From: Amoebidium appalachense
Lineage: Eukaryota; Protista; Ichthyosporea
Direction of reading: 5' to 3'
Assembly: GCA_963693365.1 (NCBI GenBank)
Contig: CAVNZM010000001.1
Location: 15,176,418 to 15,240,417, forward strand
Length of the DNA: 64,000 bases
Notes under the pieces: generated by a model
Databases searched by the model: none
What the model was told of the DNA's origin: nothing
Seen by the model: only the letters and a program-made list of their open reading frames with translations
Part shown: one piece after another, positions 35,101-47,718 of the stretch
How the letters are laid out: the number at the start of each line of letters is the position of its first letter
Position numbering within the stretch: position 1 is the stretch's first letter
Made by a program: the position numbers and the translations under genes

Positions 35101-38100
35101 ACTGCAGCAGCTGCCTGCAGCAGCAGATTGCAGCCCCGGCCGGCCGGCCCAGCACGGGCCACCCAGCCGACAGTACCAACAGGAGCCACCAAGCCAGCAG
35201 CAGCCGCCGCAGGCTGTAGCCCCAGCAGGCAGCCCTCACCGGCAGCCACAGCAGGGGCCACCCAGCCTGCAGGCCCTGCCAGGGCCACCCAGCCAGCAAC
35301 AACCGACCACACCTACACTGCAGCAGCTGCCTGCAGCGGCGGCGTGCAGCCCCGGCCGGCAGGCCCAGCACGGGCCACCCAGCCGACAGCACCAACAGGA
35401 GCCACCCCGCCAGCAACAGCAGCCTCAGGCTGCAGACCCAGCAGGCAGCCCACACCTGCAGCCACAGCAGGGGCCACCCAGCCTGCAGGCCCTGCCAGAA
35501 CAACCCAGCCAGCAGCAACCGACCACACCCACACGGCAGCAGCAGCAGGTAGCAGACTGCAACCCCAGCCGGCAGGCCCAGGACGGGCCATCCAGCCGAC
35601 AGCACCGACAGGAGCCGCCAAACCAGCAGCAGCAGCCTCAGGCGGCAGCCCCAGCAGGCAGCCCACACCGGCAGCCTCAGCAGGGGCCACCCAGCCTGCA
35701 GGCCCTGCCAGGGCCACCTGGCCGGCAGCAACCGACCACACCCACACTGCAGCAGCTGCCTGCAGAAGCGGAGGGTAACCCCGGCCGGCAGGCCCAGCAC
35801 GGGTCACCCAGCCGACAGCACCAGCAGGAGGCACCCAGCTGGCAGCAGCAGATTCAGGCTGTAGTCCCAACAAGCAGCCCACAACGGCAGCCACAGCAGG
35901 GGCCACCCAGCCTGCAGGCCCTGCCAGGGCCACCCAACCAGCAACAACCGACCACACCCACACTGCAGCAGCCGCCTGCAGCAGCGACGGGCAGCTCCGG
36001 CCGGCAGGCCCAGGACGGGCCGCCCAGCCGACAGCACCAACAGGAGCCACCCAGTCAGCAGCAGCAGCCTCAGGCTGCAGCCTCAGCGGGCAGCCCACAC
36101 CGGCAGCCACAGCAGGGGCCACCCAGCCTGCAGGCCCTGCCAGGGTCACCCAGCCAGCAGCAAACGACCACACCCACACTGCAGTGGCTGCCTGCAGCAG
36201 CAGATTGCAGCCCCGGCCGGCCGGCCCAGCGCGGGCCACCCAGCCGACGGCACAAACAGGAGCCACCAAGCGAGCAGCAGCAGCCACAGGCTGCAGCCCC
36301 AGCAGGCAGCCCACACCGGCAGTCACAGCAGGGGCCACCCAGCCTGCAGGCCCCGCCAAGGCCACCCAGCCAGCAGCAACCGACCACACCCCCACCGCAC
36401 CAGCTGCCTGCGGCAGCAGATCGCAGCCCCGGCCGGCCGGCCCAGCACGGGCCACCCAGCCAACAGCACGAACAGGAGCCTCCAAGCCAGCAGCAGCAGC
36501 CTCAGGCTGCAGCCCCAGCAGGCAGCCCACACCGGCAGCCACAGCAGGGGCCACCCAGCCAGCAGCAACCGACCCCACCCACACTGCAGCAGCTGCCTGC
36601 AGCAGCAGTGTGCAGCCCCGGCCGGCCGGCCCAGCACGGCCCCCCCAGCCGACAGTACCAACAGGAGCCACCAAGCCAGCAGCAGCAGCCTCAGGCTGCA
36701 GCCCTAGCAGGCAGCCCACACCGGCAGCCACAGCAGGGGCCGCCCAGCCTGCAGGCCCTGCATGGGCTACCCGGCCAGCAGCAACAAATCACACCCACAC
36801 TGCAGCAGCTGCATGCAGCAGCAGATTGCAGCCCCGGCCGGCAGGCCCAGCACGGGCCACCCAGCCGACAGCACCAACAGGAGCAACCAAGCCAGCAGCA
36901 GCAGCCGCAGGCTGAAGCCCAAGCAGGCAGCCCACACCGGCAGCCAAAGCAGGGGCCACCCCGCCTGCAGACCCTGCCAGGGCCACCCACGGGCAACCAA
37001 CAGCTACAGACCACACCCACGCAGCCGCAACGGCCCACAGCAGCAGAGTGCAACCCTGGCCAGCAGGCACGGCACGGGTCACCCACCCTGCAGCAGCACC
37101 CCACCCCCCCAGCAGCCCACCTGTCTCAGACAGGGAGGCAGTGGGAGGAGTGGGAGGCAACCATGCGGGAGCAACTACAACTATACAGGTCCCAACTCCA
37201 AAGGAAACGGCAAAAACTCCTTTGGCTACGGGCAACAGCAGCAGCAGAAGCACGGTGCAAGCGTATGGTGGACGAACTCCGGCGAGCACTAAGCAGCATT
37301 TTAGACCGGGGGAGTGTGAACGTCTCGGCTACGTTAGTCAAGCACGTCACCCCAACGGGCACTGAGTACCTCACGGAGTGGGCTGACACGGAGCCCGTCA
37401 TTCGTGAAACTTATCACCGGTGGACGGCCCGCAGGAACCCACACATCGAGGAGATGCTCGCCGACCCAATGTGGGCCGACATCTATCGACCGATCCCCCC
37501 CGAAGACTCCCCATTAGGGTCTATAATGCACCCGGCCACCCACGACGAGCTCCAACAGATCGTCCAAAGCCGACAGGGGGGGGAAGGCCCCCGGCCCAAC
37601 GGAAATCCAGTACGAATACTTCCAACACCTGGGGCCAAAGGGGCTAGCATGGCTCCTACATATCATCAACGGATGTCTGGCCACGGGGACCACACCGAGG
37701 TCATGGCTGCACCACACCATCCATCCCCTACCGAAAGGGGAATGGGAAGGTGACTTCGACAAAACCCGACCGATAGCACTCTTGGAAACGGCACGGAAGC
37801 TGCTAGAATCGGTCATCAACCAGCGCCTACTCTCGATCTTCCGGCAGTACCCCACCCTCCTCCCGGGGGGGAATTTTGGGTTCGTGCCGGGCCCGGGTAT
37901 CGACGGGGCGCTGGCTATCATCCGAGAGATGATAGAGGATGCCATAGACCACGACCAGGAACTATGGATCGTCCAACAGGACATTAAGAGGGCATATGAC
38001 ACGGTGTCTTGGCCCTCGGTGGAACTGGGGCTCACCCGCCTGGGCACAGACCCCCAGCTAATCACCCTCCTCCGGCACATGTGGCACAGTCGTACGGCCA

Positions 38101-41100
38101 CGGTGTGCACAGACCAGGGGCACACTGAGTCTTTCCCTGTTGAAAACGGCCTGGCCCAAGGGGCTGTCCTCTCCCCCATTCTGTGGATTATTTTCTACGA
38201 TCCAGTTTTAACAGCCATCAAAAGGCACGGCAAGGGGTACACTTTCCACCTACCCCCACAGACACAGCACCACACACCGGCACAAACACCCCCGTGTGTG
38301 ACGTCTGTAGCCTTCGCCGACGACACAACATAGTTTGGCCCCAACAAGGAGAGCATCCAGCAAACTCTCGATTTATCTGCCCCCTTTTTTTATTACCATG
38401 ACTTGGAACCACACCCAGACAAGTTTTCAGTCCTCGCCCGTGGTACCCCAACACGGGCAACAGTGGCCCCCATGCAGTACCGCAAATCCCCGGGAGCACG
38501 GGCCCCTACCCATTCAGATCGAGCTCCCCGATGCAAACATCAGAGTGCTAGGGGTCAACATCACCCTCCAACGACACACCCGGCCCAACGATGGGAAGGC
38601 CATGCAGCTGACATTACGGGCCACCACCATACTAGCCCGTAAAATGCTGGCACCCAGCCAAGTGATCTACGTAGCCAACAGTGTGGTGGCCCCGGCCATC
38701 CTCTTCCTCCTCAAAGGGTCAGTCATCAGCAACACCACCATGCAGGCAATCGACAGCAAGTGGAGAGACCTACTCCGTCGGAAGTGTGGTTTCCACCGGA
38801 GCACCCCGTCCGGGCTGCTACACCAACCCACTCTAGGGGGACTGGCCAGCATCGTTGAATCAGCAGAACACCAGCACCATGGTTACGGAGCTGTGTGCCC
38901 TGCTGGAAACACCAGGACCAGCAGGGGACGTGGTCCGGTACCGAGCCTGGCAGCAGCAACACGTGACAGGCCTACCCTACCCACCCCTGCAAGCACCCCC
39001 AGCCAAACTTTACAGGCTAGGGGGAAAGCAGCTCCACAACTATTGGGCCCATATCACGGGGATCCTTCACGAGCGGCACCTGAGTATTGGGGAAACCCCT
39101 CCCCCAAAAAACACAAGCACCCCCACCCCACCCCCCCCCCTCCCCCCAAGGAGAAGGAGGGGGAAGCAGCAACAACAACCAGCACCCCTATCAACACCGT
39201 TTTCCCGGACCACACCTTTGCGGCCCACATCGGCCCCCACACACACCCCCGTCAACTCTACACGGTGGAGGACACCATGGTACGGCCGGGGGTGTTCCGG
39301 GCGTTCCCCGAACTGCCCCACCCCCCAGACCTACTACACCCGGGAGCTACACAGTGGTACAGGTCCATCATCAAGGGGGCCATCCCCATCGCAGACAAAC
39401 TACGGCCAGCACCCAGACCACACACCCACCACACCATTGACCTCGTGCCAAACCACCCCGTCGGTGCATTCGTGGTGGAAATAGTCAAGAACGGGCAATA
39501 CGAACTCAGCCAGGTGGTGGCCCACACCACCCACAACGGGGAGGCTTGGGTCAAAATAGCCCATCTACGGGACAACACAGAGGAGGAGGGGCTGAGATGG
39601 CACCGACCCACGTGGAACGACCCACATGGAACAGCCCATTTCCGCTTTTGCCCTGGTGACTGCAAATACGGCCACTCCCCATGGAACCTAGCCTACACCC
39701 CGGCCACCCTCTCCCCCAACCCCGGGTACGCAGACGGAGAGGGGGAAGGGTTAGACACGGAGCCAGAATCGGAGTCGACGGGGCCCAGCGACGACTCCGA
39801 CGACTCAGAGGACTCTAACACCGACAGCACCAACAGCAAATACGAGCCCCCTGAGCCCCCAGCCGATAATCACACCCACAACAAGCAGTGTGTGGGGTGG
39901 ACCCGTGCTGTGGAGGTGATACGGGCAGACCCCTACGTGGCCTTCAAGACCCGAATCACCACCCACATGGTAGTCCCGAAGTACCACAAGGACTTCATCA
40001 ACACCGACAGTATCGACATCTACCAAGTCATCGCACTGAAGGATGGCTCCGATCCGGCCGAGCAGTGGAGGAAGATACACCATTTCCGGCGGCATCTTCC
40101 CCCCCACCAACAGGCATCACCCCAGATGCTCCACCTGCAAGCCAACGAGGAAGCCACACCCTTACCGGGGGACCTCCCCGGCCCACCCCCCCCCAGCAGC
40201 CACCACCGGTAGGGTCACCACCAGGACACAAGTGCACGGCCCACCCGGCTGACCTGCCGAGCCCACCCACTCCCCGTAGGCTCACCTACACCGACTTGGT
40301 GCCCCAGGCCACCTATGACGAGTGGCAGCAGCAAATCACCCTGATCCCCCCAGACCAACCGATCACCGTTTATACGGACGGCAGCCTCATCCACCCGGGC
40401 AGGAGGATAGCCCAGGCCGGAGCCGGGGCGGTACTGGACACCCCGGACCGGAAAGCACCTCCAGTGACGGCCAAGACCAGGCTCCATACGGCCCTATCAT
40501 CCACCCAAGCCGAACTCACAGGGGTACTACTAGCCCTCCTGCTCACCCCCACCACCACCCCCATCCACATCAAGCTCGATAACCTCGGAGTAGTCGACCG
40601 ATGGACGGCAAATATAGACCCCACCACACCCCCTCGACGCAAGCTAAAGTTCCCCCACATAGTGGAATGGGCTCACGTACGAGACCAACTCTCTCTCCGG
40701 CAACCAGGCTCTGTACAGGTATCGTGGGTGAAGGGGCACCAATCCAACACCAAACGGTACGGTCAACGGAATAACGAGGCAGACAAGGCAGCCAATGCAG
40801 GAAGAGTCCTCCCCCCTCCCCCCCCCCCCTACCTCCGGCCCCGGGGGGGGGGAAATACTTCCTACGACTACAAGGCCACCGTATCCCCGGCAACATTCCC
40901 GGTACACTGAACCGGTTGAACAAGGACTTCCTCACCGACATGGCCGGCAAGACCAAGGCTATGTCCATACTAGCCGACCCCAGACTGCTCCCAGCCGAAC
41001 GGAACCCCCTCAAGCTCAACAAGGGGCCCACACAGGCAACCATCGGGGCAGTCAGAGGAAACACTCGTAGCCTGTCCCTGGCCATGGGCACCCTGCCTAC

Positions 41101-41589
41101 CATGGCACGGCTACACCGAGATCACCCCACCGTCGTTACACAGCCCACATGCCCCCGGTGCAGCCAGCACCCTGAGACCACCACCCACCTCTGGGCCTGC
41201 CCGGCCCATGCCGGGGAAGTCCCCACCCTGACCACCGCCATCACAGCCTGCATCCACAACGTCCTGCACACTCGTCATCCAAACACCCCCACGGCACAGC
41301 ACCACCATACGGCAGCCACGGTGGTAGACCAATGTGCATGGATAAACTGGATAGGAGGCAACGGTGACCCACCTGACCCCGAAGACACCAAGTGGGTCGA
41401 ACGGGGATTCTGCCCACGATCGGTGGGCCCACTACTTGCAGCCACCGGCACCACCAAGACCACCACCCGGGCCATCTTAGGAAAAATCACAGTAGAGTTG
41501 CAATCCTTTTTCTTTTCAAAAATTTGGCACCCACGGAACACAACACTCCCCCCCACCCACCCTAAAATGCAAAAACATCACCATATACC
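32161..41589 (+). pseudogene. LINE ORF2 (APE endonuclease, Q/P repeat, reverse transcriptase, unknown domain, RNase H, Zn finger), disrupted
   Basis: APE: IGTLNL, DVVILTET, VAGDFN, SRIDYVY, TDH. RT: RPIALLETARK, QQDIKRAYDTV, GLAQGAVLSP, FADD. RNase H: VYTDGS, TQAELTG, KLDN, WVKGH, NNEADKAA. Zn finger CPRC..ETTTHLWAC. Stops at 34043-34045 (TGA) and 38331-38333 (TAG) plus several frameshifts. Confidence 0.92.
33735..37110 (+). repeat. 216-bp tandem repeat (~15 copies) encoding a 72-aa Gln/Pro-rich unit within ORF2
   Basis: Anchor GGCCACCCAGCCTGCAGGCCCTG recurs mostly every 216 bp (some units shorter or longer); unit QPQQGPPSLQALPGPPSQQQPTTPTLQQLPAAADCSPGRPAQHGPPSRQHQQEPPSQQQQPQAAAPAGSPHR. Confidence 0.95.
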
Positions 41590-42354
41590 TGTTGGACATT
41601 GTGTTCATAGAAGCTAGTTCTAGTGCACGTTGTTCCTTCTGTAAGTCAGAAATGATTGCATCTTGTGAGGCCAACCTCTGCTCCAGTAGTTGGACTAGTT
41701 GCTGCAACTGTAAGTTGTCAGACATAGTGTCGTGTATGATGGGTAACTAGTCTATGTGTTTTGTGCACTGGAAACGACAGTAGAAAAGTGTAAATCAAAC
41801 GTTCTGCTTCCCATGTTTGTGACATGGGAGGCACTGCTTTATATAGTCGTTGGCCACCTCATGGTGGCCTCGTGTGCACCCTGGTGGTGGGCCATGTACA
41901 GCATGGCCGAAAAGAGTGCACAATGAAAACAAGTCGTTAAAGATATAAAAGTTAACTGTGCACGTTGAGTGGCTAGTTAACTTGCACTAAAGCACACAAA
42001 TAAACGTGTTTAACACACCAATTGCAGTTAAACGTAAATCTTGCTTCACACAACTAAAAATATTCTGAGAATATCCGGGAATAAAGCACTCTACCACTCT
42101 AAGAATAGAATCCTGTGGCAAATATAAACATGACATCATCTGAACCGGGAATATTAATTAATGAGCACAATTAGCACGTTGCTAATGAAGCTCGTCATTG
42201 GTACAGTTTTGGCTCAAACATATAACTACCATATATGAATATGACCGTAAACAAAAGCTCTATGCACTCGAGTGAGTGTTGAAACAATTATTCAATTGCT
42301 CAGAAACTTTCTCTAACAGACATTGCTAGCCGGGAGTACCAGTGTACTCCAACA
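41590..42354 (-). repeat. 3' LTR of the copia element
   Basis: Direct repeat of 46702-47466; preceded on the minus strand by PPT ATTGAGTAGGGG (42355-42366). Confidence 0.96.
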
Positions 42355-42539
42355 CCCCTACTCAATTGGATAATTGTGGTTTGAATTAATGCAACTGAGC
42401 TCGAGTGCTTCAGGTGCACAAAATACAGACAATAAAGATTCCCCTACTCAATTTTAGTATGGTACACGTAGTTGCACAGTCGGATGCAACTCTCTCCCCC
42501 CCCTGAAGTATGAGGGCGCAGTTGGTTGATGACGGGTGC

Positions 42540-45500
42540 TCAGCACATGTTGAGCATCCCCACGGCCTTGGTGAAGAAAGAGGCAGACAGGGCCTTGGTG
42601 AACATGTCGGCCTTGTTGTCAGCAGAAGCCACCGGGACCACAGTGATGTTGCCCAGCAGGTGATGTTCCTTGACGGAGCAGTAGCGGACGTCGATGTGCT
42701 TGGTCTTGGGCTTAACCCCCAGGGTGTCCAGCAGGGCCCGGGCAGACTCATTGTCCCCATGGATGGGCACCGGGGTGGGCTCATCGATAGGATTAAGGCC
42801 CAGGTCGTCCATCACATAGTTGAGCCATATGGCCTCGTTCGTAGCAGCAGACATGGCCACAAATTCAGCCTCAGTGGAGCTGTGGGTGGTGATGGACTGG
42901 AGCCGAGACACCCAGGACACAGGGGAGGAGTTGATGAAGAAGACATAGCCCGTGGTGGAGCGCCGGGTGTCGCGGTCCTCGGCGTAGTCGGAGTCGGAGT
43001 AGCCAACAAGGGTGGGGGGGCCGGGACGGTAGACAATACCCAGGTCGATGGTGGCCAGCAGGTAGCTTACAACTCTGGTAGCCATAGTCCAGTGGGTGAC
43101 GGTGGGCGCATGAATGTGTCGAGTAAGGACTCCCAGAGCCTGGGAAATGTCGGGGCGGGTGGTACGCGCAATCCACAGCAGGGCACCGACCAGGCTGGCA
43201 TAGTCCTCCTTCTTGCTGTGGGCTGGGGTCTTGTTGCTTTCACTGGCCTGGCCCGGGACGATGGGGGTCTTGGTGCCGGACATGTGGGTGAGACGAAAAC
43301 GGGCAGCCAAGTCGATGATGTGTTGACGATGGCCCAGACGCAGAGACCCGTCCTCCAGCCAGGTAAGAGTGTGCCCGATGAGCAGGGTAGGACGACCCAG
43401 GTCCTTGGCAGAGAAACGAGCATCCAGCTTGGTGAAAAAATCGTCGATGAGCGCATCAGTGGCGGCCGTCACGGTGAAGTCATCCACGTAGGCAGCAAGG
43501 GCAATAAACGTTGGGGTCCCGGCATTCTTGATGAACAGGCACGGGTCAGCAGCACTCACAATGAAGCCTTGGTCGAGGAGATGGTCACGGAGGGCCTCAT
43601 ACCACTGGCGCGGTGCCTGTTTTAGGCCGTAGAGAGCCTTGTGGAGCAAGCCGACAGCATGGGGGGCCGAGGGGTTGACGAAGCCAGGGGGCTGCTCAAT
43701 GTAGATGGTCTCGTTGACGGTGCCGTTGAGGAATGCTGTGTTGACGTCGATGTGGCGCAGAGGCAGACCTTGGGCCACGGAGGTAGCCAAAACCAGCCGG
43801 ATGGTAGCCAGCGCAGCCACAGGTGACTCGGTGACGAAATAGTCCTGGCCAGGCTGCTGGTAGTTGCCCCGGGCCACAAGCCGGGCCTTGAAAGCAGTGA
43901 CGTTGCCGACGTTGTCCTGCTTGACCGTAAAGACCCAGCCGACCGGAATGACAGTGGAGCCATCCTCTGGACGGGGCACAAGGGTGAAGGTGCCGTTGTC
44001 TTCCAGGGCCTTGAGCTCACGGTGTGCAGCCTCCTCCCATTTCAGACGCTGGGGACTCTTGAGTGCAGCCCGGACAGTCTTGGGGACAACAATGGTGGAA
44101 GCCTTGATGGGTGTTGATGCAGGAGCCGTAGCCTGGGAGGCAAGGGGGGCCGTAGCAGCAGCCACGTTGGCAGTCGGGCCTCGACGTGGGTCGTTGTACA
44201 CAGCGCCACTACGGGTCGTCCGGGGGAGCCGATGTGCAGGCTCGGGCAGGATCGGAATGTCCAATTGATCACTCGGCGCTGTCCCATTGGCTGACAGACG
44301 AGACGAATCAGATTGCTGATCATTCCGGACGATGTGATTGGCTGGCTGATTTGACGAATCAGATGACTCCAAAAAATGATGAATTGCCGGTGCGGTCGAC
44401 CAATCAGATGGGACATCACGGAGGGGGTGCAGAATAGCAGCCTCGTCGAACTGCACGTCACGGCTGACGGTCATCTTGTGTGCTGCTGGAATCCAGACCT
44501 TGTAGCCCTTGATGTTAGGAGGGTAGCCCACGAAGATGCCCTTGACGGCACGAGGCGCCAGTTTCGGTGTATCATGTTGATGGACGTAGCAGGGAGAGCC
44601 CCAGACACGGAGCCGGCTGTAGTCGGGAGGAATGCCGGTCCACAGCAGGGCGGGAGACGATTGGCTGCCGGTGGCTCGCGACGGGAGCATGTTGCGTATA
44701 AAAGCCGCGGTCACAGCTGCCTCGGCCCAGAATCCCACCGGAAGGCCGGACAGCTGCAGGAGTGCCCGAACCATGTCGAGGAGGGTCCGGTTCAGTCGTT
44801 CGGCAGTCCCATTCTGTTGAGGAGAGCCGGTGGTAGTGATCTGATGGCGAATGCCGTGCTCACGGTTGTAGTCCCCGAAGGCCGTGCCCATGTACTCGCC
44901 CCCCCGTCGGACTGAAACACCTGCATGGGAACACCGTGTTGGGTAACCGCCGCCTTGTGGTACGTCACATATGCAGCCAGTGTGTCCGACTTCTTGACGA
45001 GGGGCACGGCCGTGGTGTGGCCGGTGAATTCGTCGTGGAACGTCGCCAAGTACTGAGCACCACCGATCGCGGGAGGGAAGGGGCCGCTGATGTCGCTGTG
45101 AACCTTGGCTAGGACCCGGGGAGCTTGGCTAGTTGATTCGGAGAAGGCAACACGGTGGGCTTTGCCGAGGGCACAGGGCTCACACACACCCGGAGACTTG
45201 GCACCGCCACCCACCAACAGGCCTGCAGACTTGATGACCGAGCGTACAGCGTCAATGCCAGCATGGCCCAGACGGTAGTGCCACGTGTTGAGGTCGGCAG
45301 TAACCTTGAGGATACGCGGAGCAGTGGTGGTTTGGGCGTCCGGGGTTGTGTCCGCGCGCAGAAGAGACACCGCCATGTGGTACAGCTTGGTGCCGACAGC
45401 CGAGCCGGTGGCCAGAATTTGATCGCCGTAGCACAACTTAACGCCGCCGCGGGTGTCAAAGCGGGGTAAAACACCGTTGGTAGTTGCCGTGAACACACTG

Positions 45501-46837
45501 ATGAGAGTGTCGGGGATGGAGGGCACGTAGAGTACATCCGTCAGCTGATGCACCGCAGTAACGCCGTCGATGGTGCTGGAAAAGAACACGTCGCCCACCC
45601 CAAGCACTGCACATGCACCCTTGTCGGCTACTTGGACCGTGGAGTAAGGCGCCGCACGCATGTTGATGAACACATCGGGCCGGGGGCACACATGGTCAGT
45701 GGCTCCAGAGTCGAGGAGCACCTTGTTGGTGCCACAGTCGTTGCTAGACATGAGGAAAGCCCGGGGAGCGGCAGCCCCCCCCTTGCACTGTGCCGTAGTG
45801 TGGGTAGTAGAGGCAGGGTGGTTGATGCAGGACCCAGGCGGGAGGGGACCACCCTTAGGTTTGCGGCCGTTGGCACGGTTGCCCCCCTTGCACATGGCGG
45901 TAGTGTGACTGGTAGACAGTGGGTGGTTGACGCAGGAACCCTTGGGGTAGGTGCTGGCACGGTTGTTGCCAGAGTTGCTGTGTTGGCCGTTGCCGTTGGG
46001 GCACTGAGACTTGATGTGGCCTGGTTTGCCGCAGCCGTGGCAGATGACAGGTTGAGGAGCCCGTGTGGTGAAGGCGGCCGGCCCGGAGCTGGTAGTCACA
46101 CGTGCACGTGGGTGGCTGGTCTCATATGCCCGTAGCTGTTGGAGGAGGCCCATCACGGTAGGCTTGGGTGTCATCTTGTAGGCAATTACAGGCATTTCGT
46201 AGTAAGGCACCTTGCCGAGGTCGTTGGTGAGCTTGGTCAGCACTTGAGCATCACCAATTTGTGTGCCGTAATCGGCCAGGCGCCGCACGTAGCCGCGGAG
46301 TTTCATGGCGTATTTCGTCGCGGTGTCCGTAGGTTCAGGCGTAGAATTCATGTACAGCCCGATAAGGTCGTACTGATTGGCCTCAGATTGCTCCAGGTAG
46401 TGGGCAGATAGGGCCGACCATATCTCCGCAGGTGTGGTGGTGCGTGTTAACCCTAGGATACAACGCACGTCAACCGAGAGTGCTTGCCACAGGTAGGAAC
46501 GGGCAGTGTCGACCTGTTCACGGGTAGCCGGGTGCTCCGTACTGGGCGCGATGGTGTGGAGAAGACCAGCACCAGAAAGCTGGACATACATGGTTTCGGC
46601 CCATGTGTGGTAGTCCGTGCCTGAATCATTATCAATGCCAGTGAAGAGAGGGATGTCGACCTTGAACTTGATGGAATCATTACGTGAGGGGCCCATAACC
46701 CTGTTGGACATTGTGTTCATAGAAGCTAGTTCTAGTGCACGTTGTTCCTTCTGTAAGTCAGAAATGATTGCATCTTGTGAGGCCAACCTCTGCTCCAGTA
46801 GTTGGACTAGTTGCTGCAACTGTAAGTTGTCAGACAT
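42540..46837 (-). CDS. Copia gag-pol polyprotein (one 1-nt frameshift in a G7 run at ~44900)
   Basis: CCHC CHGCGKPGHIKSQC; protease LLDSGATDH; integrase WHYRLGH..CEPC, VHSDISGP, SDGG(G)EY, QQNGTAER; RT KARLVARG, YGLKQAPRQWY, YVDD; RNase H YSDSDYA, STEAEF, GDN, KHIDVRY. Confidence 0.95.
46689..46700 (-). other. Primer-binding site GGTTATGGGCCC (initiator-Met half-tRNA type)
   Basis: Lies 1 nt inside the 5' LTR end; matches the PBS type known for Drosophila copia and Ty5, which pairs with the tRNAi-Met anticodon arm. Confidence 0.85.
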
Positions 46838-47466
46838 AGTGTCGTGTATGATGGGTAACTAGTCTATGTGTTTTGTGCACTGGAAACGACAGTAGAAAAG
46901 TGTAAATCAAACGTTCTGCTTCCCATGTTTGTGACATGGGAGGCACTGCTTTAAATAGTCGTTGGCCACCTCATGGTGGCCTCGTGTGCACCCTGGTGGT
47001 GGGCCATGTACAGCATGGCCGAAAAGAGAGCACAATGAAAACAAGTCGTTAAAGATATAAAAGTTAACTGTGCACGTTGAGTGGCTAGCTAACTTGCACT
47101 AAAGCACACAAATAAACGTGTTTAACACACCAATTGCAGTTAAACGTAAATCTTGCTTCACACAACTAAAAATATTCTGAGAATATCCGGGAATAAAGCA
47201 CACTACCACTCTAAGAATAGAATCCTGTGGCAAATATAAACATGACATCATCTGAACCGGGAATATTAATTAATGAGCACAATTAGCACGTTGCTAATGA
47301 AGCTCGTCATTGGTACAGTTTTGGCTCAAACATATAACTACCATATATGAATATGACCGTAAACAAAAGCTCTATGCACTCGAGTGAGTGTTGAAACAAT
47401 TATTCAATTGCTCAGAAACTTTCTCTAACAGACATTGCTAGCCGGGAGTACCAGTGTACTCCAACA
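46702..47466 (-). repeat. 5' LTR of the copia element
   Basis: Direct repeat of 41590-42354 with about four substitutions seen by eye; contains the gag ATG at 46837. Confidence 0.96.
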
Positions 47467-47471
47467 ATACC

Positions 47472-47718
47472 CACCACCCGTAGAAAGAAAAGTATGGCTC
47501 TCCAAAAACCCAAAAAACCAACAAATACACCCCCCACACACACCCGGCCGGCCTGTTCTGAATGCCGGAACACCCACAGACCCGGTGTGCCCTGTAAAAC
47601 CCACCTTTTAGTCCACAAAAACATCGCCACAACATACGTACACCAACACATAATGTTAGGCAGCAACCCCCCACCACCACCACCACCACACCCCATCATC
47701 CACCCATACCCACCGTAA
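47472..47718 (+). pseudogene. C-terminal remainder of LINE ORF2
   Basis: Removing the copia and one TSD restores the frame: KHHHIP-TTRRKKSMALQK...CSECRNTHRPGVPC...YPP*. Confidence 0.85.

Larger units (their letters stand above)
41590..47466 (-). mobile_element. Ty1/copia LTR retrotransposon, full length
   Basis: Two 765-bp LTRs with TGTTGGA...TCCAACA ends; 5-bp TSD ATACC (41585-41589, 47467-47471); gag-PR-INT-RT-RH order. Confidence 0.97.

Noticed and set aside
33450-37289. Long alternative-frame and antisense ORFs over the LINE repeat (e.g. 34003-35778)
   Set aside because: Expected from a GC-rich, T-poor tandem repeat; only the Q/P frame connects to RT sequence.
41516-41725. Separate small gene MSDNLQLQ...
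   Set aside because: Copy of the gag N-terminus within the 3' LTR.
44892-44910. Programmed frameshift in the copia
   Set aside because: It falls inside the integrase core in a G-run; a 1-nt indel, probably a sequencing error, is simpler.
42510-46411. Plus-strand ORFs opposite the copia pol (e.g. 42510-43625)
   Set aside because: Antisense shadows of a GC-rich coding frame with no recognisable motifs.
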